Part shown: positions 9,671-18,835 of the stretch, in pieces | How the letters are laid out: every line of letters begins with the position of its first letter | Position numbering within the stretch: position 1 is the first letter of the stretch | Source of the DNA: Actinomycetota bacterium | GTDB lineage: Bacteria; Actinomycetota; UBA4738; HRBIN12 | DNA: 64,000 nucleotides | Reading direction: 5' to 3' | Assembly (NCBI GenBank): GCA_005884925.1 | Contig: VAYU01000024.1 | Span: forward strand, 41,120 to 105,119 | Notes under the pieces: generated by a model | Database searches by the model: none | The model's input: only the letters and a program-made list of their open reading frames with translations | Told to the model about the DNA's origin: nothing | Made by a program: the position numbers and the translations under genes

Positions 9671-11968
9671 TCAGCTTCCCTCCGCGATCGAGGCCCGGAC
9701 CCGCTCCGGCGAGCAGGGGAGGTCCACGTGCCGGACGCCCAGGTGGGATAGGGCGTCCACGACCGCGTTCTGGACCGCCGGGGTCGAGCCGATCGAGCCC
9801 GACTCCCCGATCCCTTTAGCGCCGAGCGGGTTCACATCGGTCAAGGTCTCGGTGTTCGCGGTCTCGAACGTGGGGAGGTCCGCAGCGCTCGGCATCAGAT
9901 ACGTCGCGAGGGTGCCGGTGACGGGGTTCCCCACCTCGTCGTAGACGACCTCTTCGAACAGCGCCTGCGCGATCCCCTGTGCGATCCCGCCGTGCTGCTG
10001 ACCGCGGACGAGCGCGGGGTTCAGGATCCGGCCGCAGTCGTCGACGGCCACATGACGGATCAGATCGACGGAGCCGGTCTCGCGATCCACCTCGACCACG
10101 GCGACGTGGGCACCGAACGGGAACGTCGAGCCCGGCTCGCGGTAGACCCCTTCGGCCGACAGCGGCGACCCGCGATCCTTCGCGGTCGCCGCCAGCTCGG
10201 TCCACGAGATCACGCGGTCGGGAGCACCGGTGACGCGGAACCCTCCGTCCCTCGGCCCCTCGAGGTCGGCGGGATCGACCTCCAGCAGCTCGGCGGCGAG
10301 CATCCTCCCGCCGTCGGCAACCTCTCCCGCCCTCGTCGCGACCGACGAGCCGCCCGCCTGGAGCGATCGCGACCCCCACGTGCCCTCGCCCCGCTCCACG
10401 AGCGCCGTGTCCGAATGGATCACACGCACGTCTTCGATCGCGACGCCGAGCACGCCCGACGCGAGCTGAGCGAACGCGGTCTCGTGTCCCTGGCCGTGCG
10501 ACGACGTCCCCACGTAGACGCTCACCCGGCCGTCATCCTCGACGTCCACCCGCGCGAACTCCTTGGAGGAGAACGACGTGATCTCCACGTAGGTGGACAC
10601 GCCGATCCCCAACAGGAGAGGGTCCGCGCGCTCGCGACGGGCTCTCTGTTCCTTCCGGAGGCCCTCGTATCCCGCGAGCTCGAGCGCGCGATCGAGCGAC
10701 TCGGCGTGATCGCCGGAGTCGTACGTCATCTCGGTCGCCGTGGTGAACGGGAAGGCGTCCGCCGGGATCAGGTTCTTCCTGCGGATCTCGACGGGGTCGA
10801 TCGCCAGTTCCTGCGCGAGCATGTCCATCGCGCGCTCGACGCACGCCGTCGCCTCGGGACGCCCCGCGCCGCGGTACGCGCCGACCGGCGTCGTGTTCGT
10901 GACGACCGACCGCCCGCGGTAGGCGATCGTCGGGATGCGATAGACCCCCGCCAGCATCTCGCCGGTCGTCGCAGGCAAGAACGCGCCCAACGGGTACGCG
11001 CCCATGTCGGCCACGATGTCCACGCGCATGCCGACGACGGTCCCGTCCCGACGGGCCCCGATCTGGACATGCTGGACCTGCGCTCGACCGTGCCACAGGC
11101 CGAGCATCGATTCGCTCCGTGTCTCGAACCACCGGACCGGCCTGCCCAAGAGCTTCGCCGCCTTCGCGACGACCAGGTACTCGGGGTAGACGGGGATCTT
11201 CGCGCCGAAGCCCCCACCCACGTCCGGAGCGATCGCGCGGACCTGCTGCCGATCGACGCCGAGCAGCTCGGCCAGGTCGTTGCGGACGTCGAACGGAACC
11301 TGGGTCGACACCCAGACGGTGTAGCCGTCCTCCTCCGGAACGACGGCGATCCCATCCGCCTCCATCGGCACCGGTGCGAGGCGCTGGTTCACGAAGCGTC
11401 CTTCGACCACGACGTCCGCACCGGCCAGGACGTCCCGTTCCCAGTCGTGCTCGAAGCGGTGGGCGACGTTCGTGCCGATGGCCGGGAACAGCAACGGGGC
11501 ACCGTCCCCCGCGGCCTGCTCGGCGTCGGTCACGGCGTCGAGGGGGTCGGCCGACGCCCAGACCAGCTCGGCGGCATCCTGCGCCTGCCCCCACGTCTCC
11601 GCGATGACGACCGCGAAGGGTTCGCCGACGAACCGCAACCGATCGCGGGCGAGCGCCTCACGATCGAACGGCTGGTCCAGCTCCCCGCCGGGAGCCTCAA
11701 CGTTGCCGGCCGGCGGCTGGGCACGGATGTCCAGGTCACCCGCCGTGTACACGGCGACAACGCCTGGCATCGACCGAGCTTCATCCAGACCCTCCACCTT
11801 CGAGAGCTCCGCATGGGGGAAGATGGAGCGAACGAAGACCGCCCGCAGCGATCCCTCGATCTGGACGTTCTCCAGGTACCTGCCTTCCCCGCGGAGGAAC
11901 CGTGGGTCTTCGGTGCGGAGGGCGGGGATCCCGAACGTCGATGGAGGAACCGTGGTCACGGTGGACAT
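9671..11968 (-). CDS. Xanthine dehydrogenase family molybdopterin-binding subunit (CoxL / aldehyde oxidase large-subunit-like)
   Basis: 765 aa. Typical N-terminus (ALRTEDPRFLRGEGRYLENV) and MoCo-binding domain architecture. Confidence 0.85.
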   Translation of the reverse strand: MSTVTTVPPSTFGIPALRTEDPRFLRGEGRYLENVQIEGSLRAVFVRSIFPHAELSKVEGLDEARSMPGVVAVYTAGDLDIRAQPPAGNVEAPGGELDQPFDREALARDRLRFVGEPFAVVIAETWGQAQDAAELVWASADPLDAVTDAEQAAGDGAPLLFPAIGTNVAHRFEHDWERDVLAGADVVVEGRFVNQRLAPVPMEADGIAVVPEEDGYTVWVSTQVPFDVRNDLAELLGVDRQQVRAIAPDVGGGFGAKIPVYPEYLVVAKAAKLLGRPVRWFETRSESMLGLWHGRAQVQHVQIGARRDGTVVGMRVDIVADMGAYPLGAFLPATTGEMLAGVYRIPTIAYRGRSVVTNTTPVGAYRGAGRPEATACVERAMDMLAQELAIDPVEIRRKNLIPADAFPFTTATEMTYDSGDHAESLDRALELAGYEGLRKEQRARRERADPLLLGIGVSTYVEITSFSSKEFARVDVEDDGRVSVYVGTSSHGQGHETAFAQLASGVLGVAIEDVRVIHSDTALVERGEGTWGSRSLQAGGSSVATRAGEVADGGRMLAAELLEVDPADLEGPRDGGFRVTGAPDRVISWTELAATAKDRGSPLSAEGVYREPGSTFPFGAHVAVVEVDRETGSVDLIRHVAVDDCGRILNPALVRGQQHGGIAQGIAQALFEEVVYDEVGNPVTGTLATYLMPSAADLPTFETANTETLTDVNPLGAKGIGESGSIGSTPAVQNAVVDALSHLGVRHVDLPCSPERVRASIAEGS

Positions 11969-11995
11969 GGTCCCATAGCAGGAGGGGATGGAGCG

Positions 11996-13111
11996 ATGCG
12001 AATGATCCGTCTGTTCACCGCCGCAACGTGTCTGGTCCTACTCTCGCCAGGAATCGGCGCGGCGCAACTCCAGGATCGGACGGCGACGCCGGCCGTCTCG
12101 TCGGCGGTCAAGGTCGTCCCGGTGAAGACCGGTCTCAACGGCCCCTCCGGGTTCACGTTCTCGCCCTCCGGGAACATCTGGTACCTGGAACGAGGGTCGG
12201 GTGAGGTTCGGATCATCAACCGGAAGACCGGCACCAACCACCTGTTCTTCACGATCGGCGGCGTGGACGGCAGCGGTGAGCGCGGAGCCCTCGGGATCGC
12301 GCTCGACCCCTCGTTCCCCACCGCGCCCTTCGTGTACGTCTACGTCACGAGGACATGGAAGGGAGCGCTCCGCAACCAACTCGTGCGCATCACGAAGAGC
12401 GGCGCCCACGGGATCGGACTCCGCGTGCTCGTGAGCACACCTGCGAGTTCCACCCCGTACCACAATGGTGGTCGGATCCTGTTCGGCCCAGACCACAAGC
12501 TCTACGTGATGATCGGCGAAGGCCACAACGCTGCGAACGCGCAGGACCTGACGGCGAACCTCCGAGGCAAGATCCTGCGCCTCGATCGGGACGGGACGGC
12601 GGCAGCGGGCAACCCGCACGGACGGATCTGGTCGTTCGGGCATCGCAACTCGTTCGGGTTCACGTTCGACCCGAGAACCGGCCGGCTCTGGGAGACCGAG
12701 AACGGACCCGCGTGCAACGACGAGATCAACCTCATCGTCAAGGGCGGGAATTACGGCTGGGGTCCCAACGAGTTCTGCGGCGGCGCGGCGCCACAGGACA
12801 CGAACAACAGCGGCCCCGCGCCACGGCACCTTCCGAAGACGTATTTCACCGGCACGATCGGGATCACCGGCGCGGCATTCTGCATCTCGTGCGGACTGGG
12901 TGCCGGCATCAACGGTGACCTCGTGTTCGGCGACGTGAACACCAGCTCGATCCGAGCGATGAACATGAACGCGGCGCGCACTGGGTTCTCGACCGGATCG
13001 AGGGTCCTGATCACGACCTCGACGGGAGGCGTCCACTCGGTGGAGGTCGGGCCGAACCACCACATCTTCTTCAGCGGACCCAGCGGGATCTACCGGCTCG
13101 CTCGCGCCTGA
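11996..13111 (+). CDS. PQQ-dependent sugar dehydrogenase (soluble glucose/sorbosone dehydrogenase family), secreted
   Basis: Signal peptide (MRMIRLFTAATCLVLLSPGIGAA) and beta-propeller motifs (GALGIALDP, NPHGRIWSFGHRNSFGFTFDP, LWETENGP). ATG at 11996 has a GGAGGGG RBS. The longer 9992.. ORF in the track is an antisense artefact. Confidence 0.85.
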   Translation: MRMIRLFTAATCLVLLSPGIGAAQLQDRTATPAVSSAVKVVPVKTGLNGPSGFTFSPSGNIWYLERGSGEVRIINRKTGTNHLFFTIGGVDGSGERGALGIALDPSFPTAPFVYVYVTRTWKGALRNQLVRITKSGAHGIGLRVLVSTPASSTPYHNGGRILFGPDHKLYVMIGEGHNAANAQDLTANLRGKILRLDRDGTAAAGNPHGRIWSFGHRNSFGFTFDPRTGRLWETENGPACNDEINLIVKGGNYGWGPNEFCGGAAPQDTNNSGPAPRHLPKTYFTGTIGITGAAFCISCGLGAGINGDLVFGDVNTSSIRAMNMNAARTGFSTGSRVLITTSTGGVHSVEVGPNHHIFFSGPSGIYRLARA

Positions 13112-13209
13112 ACGGGACCTTTGGGGGGTCGCGCGTTCGGAAGAGGTCCGGTACGCTCCTTCATCAGGGGGGAGCGTCCGTCCCCCGACGGATGCAGGGA
13201 GGTCTCGCG

Positions 13210-13356
13210 GTGAACATCGGCCGTCCCAAGCGGATCATCGAGATCGAGCCCGCCACGATCCCGCTGCCCGACCCTCAGATGCCGATGCCGGAGCCCGGGC
13301 CCGCGCCCGTCGAACCGATGCCGCTCGAGGTCCCCGTGGAACCGCCCGGTTCATGA
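13210..13356 (+). CDS. Hypothetical small Pro-rich protein (48 aa), translationally coupled to the next gene
   Basis: GTG start with a GGGAGG RBS 8 nt upstream. Its stop overlaps the ATG of the next ORF (ATGA). Not in the ORF track because it is shorter than 60 aa. Confidence 0.35.
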   Translation: MNIGRPKRIIEIEPATIPLPDPQMPMPEPGPAPVEPMPLEVPVEPPGS

Positions 13357-13928
13357 GCGCCAACGTCTCCCTCGCGCGCGAGCTCACCGTCGGTGCCACG
13401 ACGGAGCCGATCGTCGCGTGGCGGGCCTGGGCGCTCACCGGGCATCGCGACGGGACGGAGCTGCTGCTCCGCCCGGTCGCGGGGCGCTCCCGCCCCTGGC
13501 GACCCATGGAGCCCGCGGAGGCCGCGTGCAAGCACGCGCGCCTCCACGGAGCACCCAACGTGGACTGCTCATGCGGGCTCCACGGCACCCACGACGTCGA
13601 GATCCTTCGGCGGACGAGGTGCCCCGCCGTCTTGGGCCGGGTCGCGTTCTGGGGACGGGTGATCGAGCACGAGCTGGGGTACCGGGCGCAGTTCGGCTAC
13701 CCCCAGCGGCTGGCGCTCGTCTGTCAGTTCTGCTTCTGGCTCTGGGGGCCGCACGGCACGCGCCCCGCCGTCGTCGGGTGGCTCCAGCGCGACGAGCTGA
13801 TCCCGTTCTGCTGGCCGCACCTCGAGCAGGCCCAGCGCTATGGGATGGAGCCGAGGAGGTTGCTCCCGGCGGACGAGATCGATCTGCGGCTGCGCGAGAC
13901 GTACGCGGTCGACCTGCTCGCCTTCTAG
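13353..13928 (+). CDS. Hypothetical Cys/His-rich protein
   Basis: 191 aa with 8 Cys (CKHARLHG, CSCGLHG, CQFCFW, FCWPH). No family recognised. Confidence 0.5.
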   Translation: MSANVSLARELTVGATTEPIVAWRAWALTGHRDGTELLLRPVAGRSRPWRPMEPAEAACKHARLHGAPNVDCSCGLHGTHDVEILRRTRCPAVLGRVAFWGRVIEHELGYRAQFGYPQRLALVCQFCFWLWGPHGTRPAVVGWLQRDELIPFCWPHLEQAQRYGMEPRRLLPADEIDLRLRETYAVDLLAF

Positions 13929-13932
13929 CGCA

Positions 13933-14448
13933 CTACAGGTAGCCGCCGGGCTCGGCCGCTGCCTCGGCCGTCGGATCAGCCTCCGTGCTCGCCCTGGGAT
14001 CGGACGGCGCCTCCTCCGCAGGGTTCCCCTCGAAGAACGTCTGCCCTCCGAACGTGCGCTTGAGCTCGTCGTCCCAGTGGTCGGCCGCGAACGTGATCAG
14101 CCCGCACGCGTAGGAGATCTGCTCTGGTGTCAGCTCCTCCACGAACAACTCCATCGCGATGCAGACGGTGTCGTCCGTGAGGAACACGCGAGCGAACGAG
14201 AAACCCGCGTTCATGTCGTTCAGCTTCTCGAGCAGCTCCAGCGAGGTCGTGACCCCGTGGAGCAGCGGGGAGGACACCTGCAGCAACGGGTGGCCGCCGG
14301 CCGACCCCTCGAGGAGCCGAACGTTGACCGCCGAGGAGCCCGCTCGGATCGGGATCGTTCCATCGTCGAGGACCTTGAGCTCCTCGACCCCCAGGAACTC
14401 CTTGACGGTCTGCTCGACGAACGGTCGGATGACCTCCACGCGCGTCAC
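13933..14448 (-). CDS. YbjN-domain protein (T3SS-chaperone-like fold)
   Basis: 171 aa. LLEKLNDMNAGFSFARVFL and a C-terminal FGGQ region match the YbjN family. It is the last gene of a 3-gene minus-strand operon. Confidence 0.7.
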   Translation of the reverse strand: MTRVEVIRPFVEQTVKEFLGVEELKVLDDGTIPIRAGSSAVNVRLLEGSAGGHPLLQVSSPLLHGVTTSLELLEKLNDMNAGFSFARVFLTDDTVCIAMELFVEELTPEQISYACGLITFAADHWDDELKRTFGGQTFFEGNPAEEAPSDPRASTEADPTAEAAAEPGGYL

Positions 14449-14458
14449 GCGGAAGATG

Positions 14459-15127
14459 CTACTTCCCGTTCGTTGAGAAGTGCTGGTAGTCGATGGGCCA
14501 TGACCAATCGCCGCCCCACCCCCAGCCGATCATGTGGAACGCCTTCCACACGACGTCGCCGTGGAAGATCATCCCCTTGCGCCTGTTGGACCGATCCGTG
14601 TACGCCGCCCCGTTCGGCGGAGCGATCCCGCCCGACCACAGCTCGGGGTTCTCGACGGGGTTGATGTCGATCGCCTTGCCGTAGGCGTGCATCGACCAGG
14701 TGCAACAGACACCGTTGCGGTACCGACAGTTGAATGCCGATGTGTTGTCGTGCTTCATCGAACGCTTGTCGACGGCCCCGTAGCGATCGACCAGCCGGAT
14801 CCTGCGGATCGGGAAGCGGGCTGCGTAGAGCTTCCCGAATAGCCGCTGGACGTCCCGCGCGACCGTTCGATGCACGACGAGCCTGCCGTGGTGCGCCTGG
14901 CGGTCGAACCCCCAGAAGGTGACGCCGACCACGCGGAGGTCGTTCAGCCCGACGGGGCACCCCGGCCGCCACGACGATCCGCGCATCAGGTCGCGGACCG
15001 ACGCCGAGAGGGGTCGCACGCTCGAGCGGTACGGCGGCGCCGAGGCGGCGACCGGTCCGGAGGGAACGAGGACGAGCGCCACGGCCAGCAGGACAACGCC
15101 ACGTCGCATCAGCCGATGATGGCGCAT
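14459..15127 (-). CDS. Secreted peptidase M15 (VanY / D,D- or L,D-carboxypeptidase-like)
   Basis: Signal peptide (MRHHRLMRRGVVLLAVALVLVPSG). M15 zinc signature SMHAYGKAIDINP (SxHxxGxAxD) and a distal His (DYQHF). The upstream 290 aa of the 510 aa track ORF are an alternate frame of the neighbouring gene. Confidence 0.75.
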   Translation of the reverse strand: MRHHRLMRRGVVLLAVALVLVPSGPVAASAPPYRSSVRPLSASVRDLMRGSSWRPGCPVGLNDLRVVGVTFWGFDRQAHHGRLVVHRTVARDVQRLFGKLYAARFPIRRIRLVDRYGAVDKRSMKHDNTSAFNCRYRNGVCCTWSMHAYGKAIDINPVENPELWSGGIAPPNGAAYTDRSNRRKGMIFHGDVVWKAFHMIGWGWGGDWSWPIDYQHFSTNGK

Positions 15128-15158
15128 CCTGGCCAGGAACGTCCGGAGGCGCGCGGGC

Positions 15159-17156
15159 TCAGGACGAGGGTGATTCGAGGTCGCCGAGGCCCTTCTTGCG
15201 GGCCGCCGACTGCGCGAGGCGGAACCGAAGGCTCTTGTCGCCCTGTTCGCCGTCGCCGTTCTTGTCCGAGGTCCCGTTCCCGTCCGCCTCGGACGGAACC
15301 ATCGTCCTGAACGCGGGGATCGGCTTCGGCTCGGGGTCCATGTCCGGCTCGAGGTCGCCTCCCTCGTCGATCTCCCGAACGCCATGCCGCTCGGCAAGCA
15401 GGTCCGCCTCGAGCCTGGCCGCGCGTTCCTCGGCCGCCTGAGCGCGCTCGAGAGCGCGAGCGAGCTCCTGGCGGAGCTCGTGGGTGCGCGGATCCTCGCC
15501 GCGTGAGGCGGCGGGATCGGGGGCCCGTTGCAGTGATCGAGCCTGTGCCACTTCCGCGTAGGCCCTCCGGAGACGCTGATCCATCTGTTCGAGCTCTGCG
15601 CGCGTCGAGTCGAGGTGCCGCTCGAGCTCTTCGGTCCTCGTATCGGGCGCGTCCGGCTTCGTAGGCGGCGACTGTTCGAGCTCGAGGAGCCGAGCGCGGA
15701 GCGCGTCCCGCTCGGCGGTGAGCTGCGCCATCTCGCCGCGGACCGCGTCCCCGCCGGACTCCGCCTCCTGTGCCCGGCGCTCCAGATCGGCTTTCGCGGC
15801 TTCGACCTCTCGCAACTGCTGCGTCGCGGCGGCCGTCGTGGCTTCGAGCTCCGCCGCACGCGAACCCAGCTGTGCGACCTTCGTCTCGAGCTCGTCCCGG
15901 ACCGCCTCGGTCGCCTCGGCCCGTCGCGCGCTGTCCGCGGCCGCTGCCATCGCTTCTTGGGCCGCGCGTTCCAACTGGGTGATGCGCTCATCCGTCACCG
16001 GCCGCATGCTCGCCTGGCTCGCCTCCACGAGACGAGCCTCGAGCTCCGTCACCCTCGCCTCGGCGGCCGTGGCTTTGGCCTCGAACCCGCGAGCTCGCTG
16101 GCCCGTCTCCTGAGCGAACCGCTCGGCGGCGGCGAGCCGCTGCGCGGCCTCGCCGCCGCCTGGAGCTGCCGCGCGCGCCTCGGCTTCCTCGGCACGTGCG
16201 GCCGCCACCTGCAGCTGCTGGGTGAGCTCGAGGACGTGCCGTCCGGCTTGATCCTCCTGCTCGCGGATCCTGGTCCGGAGCTGCTCGAGCTGCGTCTCGA
16301 GCGCCTCCCGGACCTGGATCTCGCGCTGCGCTTCCTTCTCAGCTCGTTCGACCTCTTCCTTCGAGGGGCGACCGTCGGCGGTCGCCTCCTTGTCCCTGCG
16401 GAAGCGCCACCTCTTGGGGTCGGCCTTCGGCGACCCCTCGTCTGCGGTGAGTCTGGTCGAGGTTCCGGGCGGGGACGCCGGGCGGGAATGGGCGCGCGCG
16501 CGAGCGCGCTTGATCGAAAGGCGCCGCGAGAGCAGCAGCAGGGTGATCAGGAGGAACACCACGGCCGCGGCCCCGAGCCCCAGCTCGGCCGTGTGCCACG
16601 GCTTCTGGGATGCAGCTTCGATCGGTGCGTAGCGCTGATCCACGGACACCGCGCCGCTGGGCTTGCCCCTGGCACCTTGCAGCCGGACGTAGGTGTGGAG
16701 GAGCTCGATCGACGTGGGCCGGGTACCGATCGAAACCCGATCGATCCCAACGACGCCCGTGGCAGCGCCGCCTGCGGCACTCCGGATCGCATCCGCGTCG
16801 CCGGGCTTCGTTCCCGGGTCATCCCCAGCATCGGACGAGAACAGGAGCGTTCCGTCCTGCGAGAAGATCCGCACGCGAACGATCACTCCGCCGGCGAGGG
16901 GGCCCTTCTGGAGTTGGTTCCGAAGCTTGACCGCCGTCCCGCTTGGCAGCGGCTTCGTGAGGTTGGCCCCGCCGAGCGCCGGGGCCACGATCTGCCGGAC
17001 GATGGCCGATGCCTTGCTCTCCTGGCTTTTCACCTTCGACGTCAGCGCGCTCCGCTGCATGAACGAAGCGCCGGCGACGAAGAGACCACACATCACGACC
17101 AGCACCGCGAAGAGCGGCCACTTGATCCCTCTGCGGTCGTCGGTCCCGATGATCAT
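15159..17156 (-). CDS. Hypothetical two-TM membrane protein with an extracytoplasmic domain and a 450 aa cytoplasmic coiled coil
   Basis: 665 aa. TM1 lies at about residues 14-32, an extracellular domain of about 155 aa follows, TM2 lies at about 191-212, then a long Ala/Glu/Arg-rich heptad region. No catalytic motif recognised. Confidence 0.6.
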   Translation of the reverse strand: MIIGTDDRRGIKWPLFAVLVVMCGLFVAGASFMQRSALTSKVKSQESKASAIVRQIVAPALGGANLTKPLPSGTAVKLRNQLQKGPLAGGVIVRVRIFSQDGTLLFSSDAGDDPGTKPGDADAIRSAAGGAATGVVGIDRVSIGTRPTSIELLHTYVRLQGARGKPSGAVSVDQRYAPIEAASQKPWHTAELGLGAAAVVFLLITLLLLSRRLSIKRARARAHSRPASPPGTSTRLTADEGSPKADPKRWRFRRDKEATADGRPSKEEVERAEKEAQREIQVREALETQLEQLRTRIREQEDQAGRHVLELTQQLQVAAARAEEAEARAAAPGGGEAAQRLAAAERFAQETGQRARGFEAKATAAEARVTELEARLVEASQASMRPVTDERITQLERAAQEAMAAAADSARRAEATEAVRDELETKVAQLGSRAAELEATTAAATQQLREVEAAKADLERRAQEAESGGDAVRGEMAQLTAERDALRARLLELEQSPPTKPDAPDTRTEELERHLDSTRAELEQMDQRLRRAYAEVAQARSLQRAPDPAASRGEDPRTHELRQELARALERAQAAEERAARLEADLLAERHGVREIDEGGDLEPDMDPEPKPIPAFRTMVPSEADGNGTSDKNGDGEQGDKSLRFRLAQSAARKKGLGDLESPSS

Positions 17157-17379
17157 CCTCGTCCCACGCGTCGGACGCAGGCACCCACGGGTGCCTTCCC
17201 TGCTGTGTGCTTCGGCGCATGCGGGGACGACCTGAACCCCCGGGCTAGGACTTCAGGTCTGCTATGGATCTGGTAGAACCGGACCCGTTGTGGCGCACGG
17301 GGTCTAAGGACCGGTCGGTCTCGGACGCTCGAGTGCAGGGGCCATCGCGGAGTAGCCGCGCCTGCGCCAGAATCCGTAC

Positions 17380-18825
17380 GTGGAGACCGCGACGCAGACA
17401 CTGCACCGGCTGACGTCCATCGACCGCGTGTTCGCGGATGCACCGGGCAGCGAGTGGATGCCCCCGGTCGAGGACCCTCGCGTGGTCCAGGACCTCGAGA
17501 CCAACGACCTGGCTCGCTTCCCGTGGTTCTACAAGCGCTACGAGCTGACGTTGCCCCGCCTGCCGCTCCCTCGCACCCTGCCGACCACCGCGGCCCCCGC
17601 GGTCGCCGTCCTCGCGGGCACGGCGGACGTCGGTGCGACCGGATTGGATCTTCCGCAGCTCTCCCGGTTGTTGCACCTTTCCGCAGGCGTGGTGCGCACG
17701 ATGGCGCGGCCCTACACGACCTGGCTGTTCCGCGCCGCTGGGTCCGCGGGCGGCCGCTTCCCGCTGGAGCTGTACGTCGCCGTGCCCGACGGCATGCAGG
17801 TGCCTGCCGGCGTGCACTGGTACGACCCGCAGGACCATGCCCTGGTGCGGATCGCGCCGCCGCCTCGCGCCGGCGCGCCCGCCCTGATCGTCACCGGCGT
17901 CCCGTGGCGCACCGGCTGGCGCTACCGCGAGCGGGGGTACCGGCACGTGTACTGGGACGCCGGCACCATGCTCGGCCAGTCGCTCGCCGGTGCCGACTCC
18001 GCGGGGCTCACCGCGTCGCTGTACAGCCGCTTCCCGGACGGGCCGGTGGCCGCGCTCGTCGGCGCCGACGGCGTGCACGAGTGGCCCGTGGCCGTCGTTT
18101 CGCTCGGCAGCGACACGCCCGCGCTCGACGCCTCCGGTCCGGCAGCCTCGGGCGATGTCGACGCGGCGCCGTTGGAGTTCCACCTCGACACCGAAGCGCA
18201 GCGGGCGGGCGATCGCGACTCGCTCGGGCCGCCGTGGGAGCGCGGGGCCCCGGTCGACGTGCCCGTCCTCGGAGCGAGCCCGATCGAGGCCATCGTGCTC
18301 GCGCGCGGTTCGCAGCGCCGCATGGATCCCACCCGCGGCCTGCCGGAGAACACGCTCCACACCTCCATGCGCGCCGCGCTCCGTGGGGTCGATCTCCCGC
18401 ACCGCGTCGTGGTCCACGACGTCGAAGGCGTCGTGCCTGGTCTCTACCGATGGCCGGACCTCTCGGCCCCCGCACGCGCTGGTGCGATGCGAGATGAGCT
18501 CTATCGGGTGTGTTGGGAGCAGGGCCTCGCTCGCGATGCGGCGTTCGTCGTGATCGCCGCGACGAACGTCGGCGCGCTCGACGATCGGGAGTACCGCGAG
18601 GTGCACCTCGCGGCCGGCCTGGTGATGGGCCGGCTGCATCTGCTCGCCTACGGCCTGGGCGCGAGCGCCTCCGGGATGACGTTCGTCGATAGCGAGGTGC
18701 CCGGGCTGTTAGGGGAGCCGCTCGATGGTCTGTTGTTCACGTGCGTCGGCGTGCCGGAGTACACGTCGGCGACGGGCGGGTCGCCGGGTGCGCCGACCGA
18801 GGTGCGGAAGGTGACGGAACGGTAG
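17380..18825 (+). CDS. Tandem SagB-type (nitroreductase-fold) dehydrogenase domain protein
   Basis: 481 aa. Domain 1 has AAGSAGGRFPLELYV, HWYDP and RERGYRHVYWDAGTMLGQSL. Domain 2 has GSQRRMDPTRGL and a C-terminal GLGASASGMTFVD. Confidence 0.7.
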   Translation: METATQTLHRLTSIDRVFADAPGSEWMPPVEDPRVVQDLETNDLARFPWFYKRYELTLPRLPLPRTLPTTAAPAVAVLAGTADVGATGLDLPQLSRLLHLSAGVVRTMARPYTTWLFRAAGSAGGRFPLELYVAVPDGMQVPAGVHWYDPQDHALVRIAPPPRAGAPALIVTGVPWRTGWRYRERGYRHVYWDAGTMLGQSLAGADSAGLTASLYSRFPDGPVAALVGADGVHEWPVAVVSLGSDTPALDASGPAASGDVDAAPLEFHLDTEAQRAGDRDSLGPPWERGAPVDVPVLGASPIEAIVLARGSQRRMDPTRGLPENTLHTSMRAALRGVDLPHRVVVHDVEGVVPGLYRWPDLSAPARAGAMRDELYRVCWEQGLARDAAFVVIAATNVGALDDREYREVHLAAGLVMGRLHLLAYGLGASASGMTFVDSEVPGLLGEPLDGLLFTCVGVPEYTSATGGSPGAPTEVRKVTER

Positions 18826-18835
18826 ACGCGTCCGC

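Noticed and set aside
9992-11995. Upstream 668 aa of the 1039 aa plus-strand track ORF, antisense to the CoxL-like gene.
   Set aside because: A recognisable signal peptide plus PQQ-dehydrogenase begins only at 11996, and with an RBS. The upstream part is junk antisense to a real gene.
15128-15991. N-terminal 290 aa of the 510 aa ORF containing the M15 peptidase.
   Set aside because: It is an alternate frame of the coiled-coil gene, Arg/Ser/Pro-rich. The real start, with a signal peptide, is at 15127.
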